Assembly: GCF_963506605.1 (NCBI RefSeq)
Contig: NC_083278.1
Location: forward strand, 74,834,001 to 74,898,000
Direction of reading: 5' to 3'
Length of the DNA: 64,000 bases
Source of the DNA: Zootoca vivipara
Lineage: Eukaryota
The notes under the pieces: generated by a model
What the model saw: the letters and a program-made list of their open reading frames with translations, nothing else
Told to the model about the DNA's origin: nothing
The model's database searches: none
Part shown: positions 39,178-51,701 of the stretch, piece after piece
Position numbering within the stretch: position 1 is the first letter of the stretch
Layout of the letters: every line of letters starts with the position of its first letter
Program-made: the position numbers and the translations under genes

Positions 39178-40957
39178 GCAAAAGCCTGAACCTGCTGATA
39201 CAGTAAACAGCTTTATTGAAGCCTGTTTATAAGGCGCCTTTTACTATGTGAAATGGGGTGTATGGGGTGTCAGGGGAGGGGTAGTACCTCTGGTGGGGGA
39301 CATGTCATGCTCCTTCTAGGGTTTGTCCACCTTTGGTCTCCACCCTGCACTCAGCTCTCACCTATACTATCTGATCTCCATAAACAGGGTAGCATATAAA
39401 TGTAATGAGGACTTGAATAAATGAAAGACTGAAGCTTTCCTGTTTGTAAAAGAATCCATCTCCCCCCCCCCCAACTTTTCCTTAGTTCCTATTTATCTGT
39501 ACATTTCCAACAGGGAAATAAAACTACGCAATATTAACTAAAACTTTGGTTAGTGGCGTATATTCACTTGAATATTAATGCATATGGAAATTTTTTTTTT
39601 TGGGGGGGGGATATCTGAAGCTGCTTACTGAGCCTCAACACAGGTCCATATAGTCCATTATTATTATTTACTCACTCTGGCTGTGACACTCCAAGGTTTC
39701 AGTGCCTAACTAAATGTTGAAAGTGTAGAAAAGGAAGCTGCCTAATGCAAATTGTTTGGCCCTCTAGACCTGGGGAACATTGGGGAACCTTTGAACCTTC
39801 AGCTGTCGCTGAATTGCCCTGCTATCTTATGATGAAGGGGGCAGTATATGTCTAATAAAACACCACCACTAACAACAACAACAACCAAAGCTTCCATCAT
39901 ACGAGGTCATTGGCCAAATGGTTTTATTTTGCAGCTAAAAATTTTGCAGCTAAAAATAATTTAACACAGCTAACATTATAAGTAGACTATACTAAAGATG
40001 GGTGACACCCTTTAATCTTGTTTGCACAGACTCCTATGTTTGTCATCTATAGGTTGTTCTTTGACGAGTGCTTTTGCAATCAGTCTTCCATCAGTTCAGA
40101 GGCTTGATGTCTAACTGGTTTTGCTAAGGATCAGTAATGATGGCAAATCAATATTAGGTTTAACAACATAGACTTGATTTCCACAGACTTCGGAAAAACT
40201 AATAAATAATAGGGCACAACTTCAATGGTTTCTTATCCATAAATGCTGCAACCACTGATTTTTTTTTTGTTGTTGTTTAAAGAAAACCAAGTACCTTATA
40301 GGGCTTTGACTAAAATTTAAAAACTTTAAATGTCCATTCCATCTACATGGGGCATAGCACAAGTAACTTAATTAGAAATAAGTAGAAGTGTGAGCCATTC
40401 ATGCTCCATAATCCCCACTTTGAAAGAACCTCCCAATCAGTGATACATGAGCAAAACATTGATCCTAAGGATAGGATTTTCTCAATGGCATTTTGGCCAT
40501 ATTTTATCAATATGGAATTTCAGAACATGGGGGCTTGCTGGCAAACAATACGAAAATAATGTTTATAATATTTATTCATTTACAACTCAAAAATAGGGCT
40601 GTTGACTAGTTGCTGAAAGTGTTTTTATGTGATAGAATATAACAGTTGTTATCTTAAAATAATGTGGTAGTTACCATATGGAAGCTCAGGAAATTTCTTC
40701 CCATAGTGACAGGGCTTGTCAAAATATTGAACACTTGGATGAAATGCAGAACACTTGGAAGATAGGCTTCGTTGCCTTTAAAAAGAACATGCACTGCTAC
40801 TTCCCCCTCTCCCCCCTGGTCATTTCACTCCCTCCCTCTAGTTGCGCCATGTTTGTAACTAGAAAATTTCATGGGTGGGGAGGCTTTCAATTCTATGCCC
40901 CCATGGACTAGCCAGATGGTGAGTTAGGAAGAGCCATTCATCTGAATACAATGGAGA

Positions 40958-41148
40958 ATGGCTGTAGCTCAGTGGAAGAACGCCTCCTGACCTATACACA
41001 CAGAAGGTTCCAGGTTCAGTCCCCAGCATTGCCAGGTAGGACATGAAGAGAAACTTGCCTTAAACCCTGACAAGCCAATGCACAATACTAAGCTAAGTGG
41101 ACCAGTGGTCTGACTCAGTATGTATAAGGCAGCTTCCTATGTTCCTAA
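40958..41148 (+). mobile_element. tRNA-derived SINE
   Basis: A-box gtagctcagtgg, B-box-like ggttcagtccc, 3' ggaccagtggtctgactcag...gcagcttcctatgttcct. Confidence 0.7.
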
Positions 41149-41312
41149 CAGCTTCTGAAATCTCAATTTCTCCATGCTCAGAGAATGTTAACTGAGACTC
41201 AGAAAATGTCGTACAAAATGCCAGCTGGCTGCTGTAGGCAATTGACACGAACCTCTGGTCTTCATCTTCTACTGACATTACTTAATGCTTGGATGTATTT
41301 TGCATAATTAGG

Positions 41313-41680
41313 TAAGGACCCCATGATGGTCCAATCAAAGGCGACTATGGGGTGTGGCACTCATCTCACTTTTCAGGCCAAGGGAGTCAGTGTTTGTCCA
41401 CAGACAGCTTTCCGGGTCATGTAGCCAGCATGACTAAACCACTTCTGTCGCACGGAGGACTGTGACAAGTGCCAGAGCACACAGAAATGCCACTTATCTT
41501 CCCGCCACAGCAGTACCTATTTATCTACTTGCACTTTTGAACTGCTAGGTTCGCAGGAGCTGGGACAGAGCAATGGGAGCTCACCCTGCTGTGTGGATTT
41601 GAACCACCGAACTTCCGATCAGTGAGCCCAAGAGGTTCAGTGGTTTAGACAACAGCACCACCTGCGTCCCTTTACCTTTA
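41313..41680 (-). mobile_element. Sauria SINE (full length)
   Basis: Reverse-complement Sauria core; 10-bp TSD cataattagg at 41303-41312 and 41681-41690. Confidence 0.85.
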
Positions 41681-43044
41681 CATAATTAGGGCATAATCCA
41701 AACTTGGCCGCTGCCTGGCAGGGCTTAACAGGGTGGTGGGGCCAACTGCCACATATGTAGGTGGAAGGTTGGGGGCAAGCAGATAGCTGTGCCAGTAATT
41801 TGGCCTGGATTGGTGTCAATGCAGCCACATGATGGCAATGGAGTTAGTTCAGTTCCACTGCAGAACACTTCATATTGGGGTTTTCTGCTGGATGCATTTC
41901 TGCCCACTTTCATGTTTTTGGGCAGAAGGGGCAGTGCCACACTGGCAGTGATGTTAGCTTCCCTCCACTTGCAGAGGTGAGCAGAAGGAAGGGGCAGGAG
42001 GTGGAGGGGATGGCACCAGTCCTGGTCAGTCTTTGACCATATTGGGCACAGTAGACACTGCATCCAGAGTAGGAGCATGCATTATATTTCATTATTTTTA
42101 TTGTGGAACACTGTGATTATTCTCTTCAAAGAAAAGCAGAGTATAAATATCAGTTTAACTAAGCCCTGGCTATACAACCGTTTGAGGAGATAACAACACA
42201 CAGCATGCAGACATGGGTAGTAGAACTCGTGTTTTTTTTAAAATAAAAAAATAATAAACAGCTTCAGGGGGGAACCTATACCTCTGGATACTGGTACTGA
42301 GATGTACAAGAGCAGTGTTGTCGTGGTAGACCTTGAAGAGCAGGAGCTCATCATGGCTGCCCCTATAACAACACCACATGAGAGTCCCTAGCCATGCCCC
42401 AAGAGGAATTCAAAAATGCAGGCAGCTCTGTTGCTCCAGAATTCATTTATTTTTATTGTGTTTATTACCTTTCCTTTCTTTTGTCATGGAATCCAAAGTG
42501 CCACACATGTGGTTCCCAGGCTGAGATAGAAACACCCTCCACTTGGTCATTTTTTGAATGCTTCTAAAACTGGCTGTTAAACTCTGAAAATCTGATAGCA
42601 ATAGAATTCATTAAAGAATATGTTGCAGCAAAAGTGTCTGCTTAAGGAACACACACACACCACTTTTTAAAAAAGCATATATTTATATCCCCAACTTTTA
42701 CCTAGCATAATAAATAGCATAATAACCAATTTATTAGGATCAGCTGGCAATCATGGAATAGCAGCATGTCAAGGCTTTTGCTGAGGAGGCCTGGGTTGTC
42801 ATCCCTGATTAGCCATGAAATTTGCAGACTGACTTGCCTTAGGCCAATCAGACTAAGCTGTTTCACACCTAACACACCACCCACCAACCCTCCAAACCTA
42901 CAAGAATTAGCAAATACTGCTCCAGCATATGTTATAATCTACTGTGAGAAAAAAAGTACTGCACTCCCTGCTCCACTACACCACTGTGCAGCATCCAAGC
43001 CCATTTCTAGTCAAAGCAGACAACACTGGGCTGGATGAACCAAT

Positions 43045-44171
43045 CCCACGAAGGGAAACTCCCCACTGGAGTAGAAATCATATATCGAACAGATGGAAAG
43101 CTCTTCAATCTGAGTAGGCTGAAAGCAAAGATTAAGGTTACCGTAATGTCTGTCATAGAGCTTCAGTATGCTGATGACAACGTAGTGTGTGCACGCTCAG
43201 AGGATGACATCCTAAACATCTTTGCAGAAGCTTACAAAAAGCCTGGCCTTTCACTCAACATCCAAAAAACCAAAGTGCTGCACCAACAAGTACAAAATAA
43301 CCCCTCTGCAGAGCTACAAATCCAACTCAATGGTGTAACGTTAGAAAATGTTGGTCACTTCTCATACCTAGGCAGTTATCTATCCACAAGGGCCAACGTT
43401 GATGCCAAAATCCAGCATTGCCTGAGCTTTGCAAGTGCGGCTTTCTCCCGATTGAAGTGCAGAGTGTTTGAGGACTGGGACATTCACAGGGAAACCAAAA
43501 TGCTTGTTTACAAAGCTATTGTACTACCAACCTTACTATATGCTTGTGAAATATGGACCACTTATAAATGCCATCTCCAACTCCTCGAAAGATTCCATCA
43601 ATGGTGTCTCTGAAATTTTTTACACATCACGTGGGAAGACAGGCAAACTAATATCAGTGGAAGAAGCAAAGATCACCAGTGTTGAAGCACTGCTTCTTCA
43701 ACATCAACTTTGTTGGACTGGTCATGTTGTACAGATGCCTGATGATCGTCTTCCAAAGCAATTACTCTATTCCGAACTTAAAAATGGAAAGCGCAATGCT
43801 GGTGGTCAACAAAAGAGGTTTACAGACTGTCTCAAGGCAAATCTTTAAAAAAGTAGTATAAACACTGACAACTGGGAAACACTGGCCTGCGAGCACTCCA
43901 GTTGGAGAACAGCCTTTACCACAGGTGTCATGGGCTTTGAAGAAACTCGATCTCAGGATGCAAGGGAGAAACGTGCTAAGAGGAAGGCACACTTGGCAAA
44001 TCCACACCGTTATCAACTCCCGCCTGGAAACCAATGTCCCCACTGTGGAAGGATGTGCGGATCCAGAATTGGCCTCCATAGTCACTTACGGACTCATTGT
44101 TTAAACCGTGTTTATGGAAGACAATCTTACTCGGCTGCGAGTGATCGCCAAAGAAGAAGAAGAAGAAGAAC
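43045..44171 (+). mobile_element. RTE-clade LINE 3' portion (RT with YADD, C-terminal C2H2 finger, (GAA)n tail); disrupted
   Basis: YRTDGKLFNLSRLKAK...ELQYADD...LYACEIW and CPHCGRMCGSRIGLHSHLRTH, with stops and frameshifts. Possible TSD aaccaat. Confidence 0.88.
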
Positions 44172-44874
44172 AACCAATATTCATAAGTGTCATGAAGTGT
44201 GATTTTGAGTGGAGAAAAGGCAAGGGGTGGGAAAGGGGCTCAGACCTTTCCCTTTCTGATGGTTCTCCACACCAAATAAGCAGCCCCTGCCCTTCCACAG
44301 TTAAAAACATGAATGAACAACATTTTGAATCCCTAAGTGGGAAGCAGCTGTACATCTCTTTGGAAGAGAGAAACAGTGAGAGGTGGAAGGATAACGCACG
44401 CCTTTCCCCTGGTTTCTTTTTATTTAATATTGCCCTTTCAAGCTGCTATTCTTTTTTAAAATGATAATGTGTATATCGAGGGCTTTGTCACATGTATTTG
44501 CTTGAAGTGTGTAGGCAGGCTCCAACTTGTAAGTCAGCCAGAAAGACAAACAGAATCATCTGCTAACCCTCGTGCCTGATGTAAACATAGGCATTTAACT
44601 TGCGTGTCAGTTTCCTGATGTCTGTGCTGCTCTCTTATATCTCCAGAGTTGTAATTTGAACTCCAAAGCAGAAACAAAGACTGACAAGTATATCCATTAA
44701 CCAGGCTTCACTTTAACCATCTGGATTCAGTTTCTGAACTTTCCAGTACTGTCTCTGCATCAGATGTCACAAGTATTACATCTTTCTACTACCGAAAAAT
44801 GTTAGATAGCAAAAAGGAGAAAGCAAATTCCATTGAGCAAACACACTTTTCACTGTAGTGAAGCGCGGTGAATG

Positions 44875-46585
44875 AAATGGAGAAGGAAAACACGGTATTG
44901 CAATAGCGAAAAAGGTACAATACCTGGGAATTTGGATGACAGCAAAAAATATAAACCTGTTTAATGACAATTATGAACCAGTATGGAAAGAGATAAAGAA
45001 GGATTTAGAAACATGGAACAGAATGAAGCTGTCGTTCCTTGGAAGAATAGCTGCAATAAAGATGAATGTATTACCCAAAATGTTATTCTTGTTTCAAATG
45101 ATTCCTATAATAAAGGGAACAGGACGATTCAAAGAATGGCAAAAAGTTTTGCAGAGATTTGTCTGGCAGGGGAAGAAACCAAGAATAAAATATAAGATTT
45201 TGGTGGATAGAAAAGAGAGAGGTGGATTCTCTATGCCGGACCTGAGGTTATACTATGAGGCGTCCTGTCTCTGTTGGCTAAAAGATTGGATAACATTGGG
45301 AAATACAGACTTATTAGATTTGGAAGGATACGACAACAGATTTGGGTGGCATTCATATCTTTGGTATGATAAGAAAAGAGTTCATAAAGGTTTTACAAAT
45401 CATGTGATAAGAAGGTCTTTGTTTGAGGTATGGGAAAGAAACAAATCGCTGTTACAGACTAAGACTCCATGGTGGATTTCATCAGTGGAGGTGTTGACAG
45501 TGAAAAAGATAAATATGGAAGGGAGGAGGCCTACCTATGAGGAAATATTAAGAAAATCTGAACATGGCTGGAAATTGAAATCCTATGATGAAATCAAAGA
45601 TTCTTTGACTAGTTGGTTGCAGTACCACCAGGTAAATGATGTGCTTTCAAAGGACAAAAAATAGGTTTTGAAGACAAAAGGTCTAAATTTCAAATAGAAT
45701 TGTTGGAAGGCAGAACAAAATTGTTAGAATGGTATACAAAGGATGAATTGGCAAAGGATGTGATGATAAAATGGGCAAAAGATTTTGGGTACAATATTGA
45801 GTATGATGCGTGGTTGAAGTTATGGAATCAAACATTGAAGTTTACTGCATGTACTGCCCTGAAAGAGAATGTCTGGAAGATGATGTATAGATGGTATTTA
45901 ACACCAGCAAAATTAGCTAAAATGTATAGGATGAGTAATAAAATGTGCTGGAAATGTAATGAGAAGGAAGGAGATTTTTATCATATGTGGTGGAAATGCG
46001 AAAAAGTTAAAAGATTTTGGGAAATGATATATAACGAACTGAAAAAGATCCTTAAGTATACTTTCCCCAAAAAACCAGAGGCATTTTTATTAGGAATTAT
46101 TGGACAAGAGATTGCAAAGGAGGACTATATAATATTTTTGTATGCGACAACCGCGGCTAGGACTTTATTAGCCCAAAAATGGAACACTCAGGATTTACCG
46201 ATGACTGAAGAGTGGCAGACAAAAATGATAGACTATGCGGAACTAGCGAGACTGACTAGCAGGATCCGGAACCAGGGGGAAACAAGGTTCCAAAAAGACT
46301 GGAGTAAATTTGTGGACTATATGGAAAAGAACTGTAGAAGTTTAAAGACACTTGCAGGACTGAAATAAATCCTACGAATTGATTTTAAATGGATGGAATA
46401 AAGGAACTGCGAGATAAGAGCTGAATAGAAAACCAAATGAGGGGAGGGAGGGAAGTCAAGCTCGGCAGAGCATTGAGAAGGAGAAATTTGGGAAGAATTG
46501 TTAAAAAGATAGTTGTGTGTGTTATTTGTTTTTGAATGTTTGTTTGTTTTGTTTATTGTTTTAAATGTGTTTTCCTTCTTCATTT
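44875..46585 (+). mobile_element. L1 LINE ORF2 C-terminal half plus 3' UTR, with a frameshift near 45660
   Basis: KVQYLGIW...LSFLGRIAAIKMNVLPKMLFLFQ...GGFSMPDLRLYY and the cysteine-rich motif CWKC...FYHMWWKC; two consecutive ORFs, 44936-45664 and 45700-46368. Confidence 0.9.
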
Positions 46586-47759
46586 CATCCCCGTTTCTTC
46601 ACAACAGCATTTCCCCTCCCCATTTCATAATGTCTTCCTTTCCATACCTCTATTAAACCACTAACCCACATAGTCCCACTTAAGTATTACACTGCGTGCC
46701 CAGTTGCCTCCTGACAAGCAGACTCCCAGCTTGGCAAGACAGCAGCTTCAGCCTCCAGATAGGAAGCCATGGTGCAAAGGCAAGAGAGAGCTTGCTCAGT
46801 GGTAAGGAAAGAGGAAGTGTGTTTATCTGAAGGGAGGATAGAAAGATATGTGCCCACCCCTCCAGAGTGTTGCTTGAGGCAACTGGCTCAGAAAGACTCA
46901 ATGGTAGCTCTGGCTCTGGTTCATTGCCACCAGACCCAGGAAGGCAGGGTCTCGAATACCTTCAGCTAAAAACACTGCTTATCGTGTTCAAGGTGCTTAG
47001 AAGTCATTAGAATGGGGTGGTGTTTAAGAGTTGCTGGGGGCGACATTTCAGCTTGGGGAAAAACATTTTTGCTACTTTTTGGACTATGTCCTTGTATTCT
47101 TTTTGTTAGGCCTCATTATGAATTGTTAAGTGGATTGTTTAATCAAAGTGTAGTTTTTTTAGTATGAGATGTTTTAATTAATCTATTACTGTTGTTCTTG
47201 TTATATCTTGAAATGTTATATTTTACTATGTGATTTTTTCTGATGCCGTGAGCCACTTTAAGCGTGGGTCACCATGCAAAAGCAGCATACAAATAAGCAT
47301 TGATGATGAAAAAGTGGCTTTGCTAAACCTTGTAAATAAAGGAAGACAAATCACACTTTTCTCATTATTCAAGGGTTTTGCAAAAATCCAGAAATACTTC
47401 ATTTCACATTATCTGCTTTAAAACAATGTCCGTATTTTAACTGCATCTGGATTTGGTAGCACAAAGAGGTCGTTTCAGTGAAGCCTAATCGAAATAAGAC
47501 TGGATGTAGCGTATGATTGTGTCTGAAGTCTTACTACTGTTCAGCATGCCTATTCGCATGTTAAAAACAATGTCAAGATTGTCCTTGTAAATCATTTATG
47601 CAAGGCAGCTCAGTTGTCATCGTTCTCATAGACCATAAAATGAATTTACTCAGACAGAAAGCTTTGTTATCCAAGGCTACATGTGATCGTCTCAAGGCAT
47701 GGAAAATATATTCCATGTGAGTGCAAGGACAATTAAAAAGTATTAAATCTGTTGCCAGC

Positions 47760-48218
47760 TGTCACAGATGGGTGTTGGCTACTCCCGAGTAAGCACTCCA
47801 CACATCCTCTGGATTTTCAGAGTTTTATTGTGCATGCTATATACAGTGGTGAGATGTCTCAAATCATGTCTGCTCTGCATGGGGCAGAAGCCCACAATGG
47901 CGTCTCATGGGCTCTGACCCCCCTTTTAAGACTGGGCATCCAAACGCCCCTCCTCCTTGCTCTATGGGTCCTCCGTGGTCCCAAAACAGGCTCCTGAGGT
48001 GCCGTTCTACTTACTCCCTCCTTTCCAGCCCCTGCTGAAGCTAGCTCCGCCCCTGCTTCCCTTCTCCCAGCCTGGAGCTGAGCCTCCAGGACTCTGCAGA
48101 GCCCTGGACCCTTCTTAACCCTTCCTGTTCCTGGTTTTCTCTCCCAGACTTGCTGCTGCTCTCCCATCTGATGGAAGTAAGCAGAGTGGGCTGCTCTCTG
48201 CAAGCCCTCTCTCTTACA
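47760..48218 (-). repeat. 3' LTR
   Basis: Direct repeat of 52745-53203 with one visible C/T difference; AATAAA on the minus strand. Confidence 0.95.
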
Positions 48219-49595
48219 TCCACCCCCCCTCCAGGCTCCCCCCCTTTCTGAGGCCTGGGTTGCCTGGTCTGATGTCTGTAAAGAGGGCTGGAAGCCTGAC
48301 AGGTCTTCCTCCTCTGTAGTGTGTGTAAAATCCTGTTCCCAGTCGGTGCTGGGTGGCTGGTCCGTGTAGTTCCCTCCGTTGTCATCCTCCCCCTCCCTCT
48401 GGAAAATTGCTTCCGATTCCCGGAGGGCTCCTTTGGTCTGCGTCTCCCCTGCTCCCCACCTGGGATCGCCCTCCCCCTCTGTGTTCCCTGTGCTACTGAC
48501 GTGTGGTGGTTTGGGTCTGTGGGAGAAAGGAGCGTGCAGTTCCAGTGTGCGGTCCTCCCCTTGCATGGTGTGTGTGGGTGCCTCCGCGTTTTGGGAAGCA
48601 GGAGTGCCCTGCCTGGCCATCAGACATTTTAACCCCCCCTCCCCCCACCGGGAGCCCGGACTCGCTGTGGCACTGTAGACCTCCTCCTCTTCCCTTCTTT
48701 CTGGAACGTCTTGGCTGCCTTCTCCCTCCACCCTTCTGTCTAGTGTCTTTTGTGTGATTTCCTCCCCCTCCCTCCTGTCAGCATCTTGTGTTGGATGTGT
48801 GTCACGTCCTCTGAACCTTGGGCTTTCCCTAAAGTGTGAGAGCAAAGACCTTTGACCCACGGGATGGACCTTTCTTGCTGTAGGTACTTCCCCCCTGAAG
48901 GTGACAGGGTTGATCTGTGTCAGAACCTTGAAGGGCCCCAGCCTTCTGGGTGCCAGCTTCTTCCCCCTTCCCCCCATGGGAAGGCCTTCTGACCACAGCC
49001 AGACCCTGTCCCCTCCGTTGAAGACCTTCTCCAGTCCCCTGTGATGGTCTGCCCCCTCCTTGTAAGCCTCATTGCTCCTCGCCAAGTCTCCATCCAGTTG
49101 TTGGTGTACTGTCTCCCTCCTCTCACCCCATGCCTCAATAGTTGGTCCCCCAATCTCCCCCTCCCCCTGCTCTGGGAAGGCTCTGGGGTTTCGCCCAAGA
49201 TTGGCCTTACTGGGCGTGAGCCTCGTGAAGACGTGTACTGCATGCCCCTCCATGGGGTTGTCATGATATTGCCTGAGAATCTTCCCTCTGAGGGAGTCCT
49301 GGGGTATATACAGGGCATCATTGCTAAAGAGTAACCCCTCTTTCTCTGCAAGCCCTTCCCCTGCCCCCTCTCCCTCCCTCAAGTCCCTCCGTATGTTCTG
49401 GGTAAAAGTGTCCTCTTTGGTGAGTTGGCTCAGTTTCTCTTCCTGCTTCCCCGCCTCTGCGTCGTTCCATCCGGCTGGGGAGCCGATGTGGTGCGATCCT
49501 GAGGATTCTCCTTCTTCCATTTTCATGATGGCCACAGTGGCTGTGCGCTCTCGGTATTCTCCTCCTTCCCTGCAGTGCTCCTTGTCGTCTGCATC
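47859..49595 (-). pseudogene. Gypsy pol remnant: integrase Zn-finger, GPY/F module and degenerate chromodomain; RT, RNase H and DDE core absent
   Basis: GLLFSNDALYIPQDSLRGKILRQYHDNPMEGH; GDRVWL...KKLAPRRLGPFKVLTQINPVTF...KVHPV; SRWGEGGLKCLMARQG...HRPKP. The frame stays open into the 3' LTR. Confidence 0.8.
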
Positions 49596-49793
49596 CAGGG
49601 GCGTAGCCAGGATCAAAACTAGGGGGGGGCAAGCCATGGTCATTCAGGGGCGGGGCCAAGGCACGGAAGGGGAGGGGCCACAAAGTGGGCAGGGCTAAAG
49701 GGCCAGTGGGCCTGATGACATCGTGGCGGTGGCAGCAGCGGCCACCTTGTGCTTCTGGGGCTGGTAGCGTTGGCGGCTACCCTGCTTGGCTGG

Positions 49794-50807
49794 AGAGGAC
49801 GGGAGGGTCGGGCAGGTGAGAGGGGGTGGCAGGGCGGGCGAGGGCGAGGCAAGACAAGGCCGCAGCCACGACGGCTCTGAGGCGTTGCTGCATATCAGCA
49901 TAATATTTCAACCATGGTTCAAGCCCCACCTTAGGAAAAAAATCCTGCATTGCAGGGGGTTGGACTAGATGACCCTTGTGGTCCCTTCCGACTACAATTC
50001 TATGATTCTATTGATATATTACCATAGCATATGCATCATTCTGCTTTCTTGAATTGTCCTACTCCTAGGCATAGCATCCAACTCCTAGAGGCCTAGGTGC
50101 CCCCCCCCCAATTACTGGTAAATACCGTATTTGAAAGAGTCATCCCATGTTGATGGGCTTTCTATGTGGGGCTTATCTGCCCCCCCGTATTTTATTAAGG
50201 ATGGAAGAGGGAGGGAAGGAAGGAAGAAATAGAGAGAGAGATAACTCATATTTGTGGGTGTCTCTGGATGACGCTGTGATGCTGGAACTCTGCAACAAGA
50301 GGACGGGAGGGTCGGGCAGGCGAGAGGGGGTGGCAGGGCGGGCGAGGGCGAGGCAAGGCATGGCCGCAGCCACGACGGCTCCGAGGCGTTGCTGCATATC
50401 AGCATAATATTTCAACCATGGTTCAAGCCCCACCTTAGGAAAAAAATCCTGCATTGCAGCGGGTTGGACTAGATGACCCTTGTGGTCCCTTCCGACTACA
50501 ATTCTACGATTCTATTGATATATTACCATACCATATGCATCGTTCTGCTTTCTTGAATTGTCCTACTCCTAGGCATAGCAGCCAACTCCTAGAGGCCTAG
50601 GTGCCTCTCCCCCCCCCCAATTACTGGTAAATCCCGTATTTGAAAGAGTCATCCCCCCATGTTGATGGGCTTTCTATGTGGGGCTTATCTGCCCCCCCCG
50701 TATTTTATTAAGGATGGAAGAGGGAGGGAAGGAAGGAAGAAATAGAGAGAGGGATAACTCATATTTGTGGGTGCCTCTGGGTGACGCTGTGATGCTGGAA
50801 CTCTGCA
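49794..50807. repeat. ~500-bp tandem duplication (two units, roughly 97% identical), each with a SINE/CR1-type 3' tail
   Basis: Units 49794-50294 and 50298-50807; about 13 substitutions plus poly-C indels counted by eye. Confidence 0.92.
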
Positions 50808-50852
50808 TGTACAGGAGCCTTGTAAGCAGCTTTCTCTCTGCTTGATTTACAG

Positions 50853-51188
50853 CAGGCACGTCCAACAGGTAGATTGTGATCTACCAGTAGATCACTGGAT
50901 GTCTGTGGTAGATCACTGGTAGGTCACTGGCACCCCTAAAAAAAGCTCACCCAAAATTTTCCTCCTCCCTCAAAAAAGTTGAACTATGACCTGAAGCCCT
51001 AAACAAAAATGGGCCTCCCTCCCTCCTAAAAGAAGCTCAACAAGTTTGACCTAAACCCCAAAAAACAGGGCTTCCCTTCCTTTTAAAAAAACTCAACAGC
51101 TTTGACCTGAACCCCCCAAAAGGGGGTAGATCACCCCCAGTTTTAAACTCTGAGTAGATCAGAGTCTCTTGGGAGGTGGCCACCCCTG
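50853..51188. mobile_element. hAT MITE nested inside the 2.1-kb hAT element
   Basis: cagg...cctg termini and 8-bp TSD atttacag at 50845-50852 and 51189-51196. Confidence 0.75.
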
Positions 51189-51701
51189 ATTTACAGTATA
51201 CAGATGCAGGAGGAGGGGCAGACTGGAACACCAATGCTTTTTATAAACATCACTGTGTCTGTCAAAGCTACAGCCCCCCCTTTCTTATTCACTTCTTTTT
51301 AGCCTTGCAGAGCCACCTTAGTCAAATTGAATCCTCTGAGTCTGCACCCTCATTAAATCGCCAATAGAACTCTTAATGCTCCTGAATGCTCATTAACAAC
51401 TCCCACTTAAGAACAATAGGGTGAAATGGTCAGCTATCGAATCTTGCCTGGGGATATATGCTCCATTGTCTTAACTGCTTAACTACTGGTAGCCACTTTG
51501 CTTTATTTATTTGATGTGTTTTTGTTACTGCTGTGTCCCCCCCCCCAGCAAGCGGAGACTTAGGTGCTCTTGCTAAAGCAAAGCCCTTTCCACTTCAGTT
51601 TTTGGAGGGGAAAAGTGCTGGTTATGGTCTGTAAAATACATTAATTTTTTTGCTTCTAGGGGGGGCAGCTGCCCCCTCCTGCCCCCCTGCCTACGCCCAT
51701 G

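Larger units (their letters stand above)
49596..51701. mobile_element. Non-autonomous hAT element (2.1 kb) carrying captured sequence, inserted in the Gypsy ORF
   Basis: TIRs caggggcgtagcca / tgcctacgcccatg (12 of 14 match); perfect 8-bp TSD tctgcatc at 49588-49595 and 51702-51709. Confidence 0.85.

Noticed and set aside
47859-49643. Domesticated retrotransposon-derived host gene starting at ATG 49643
   Set aside because: That ATG lies inside the inserted hAT terminus, and the ORF sits between two near-identical LTRs, which indicates a mobile copy and not a fixed host gene.
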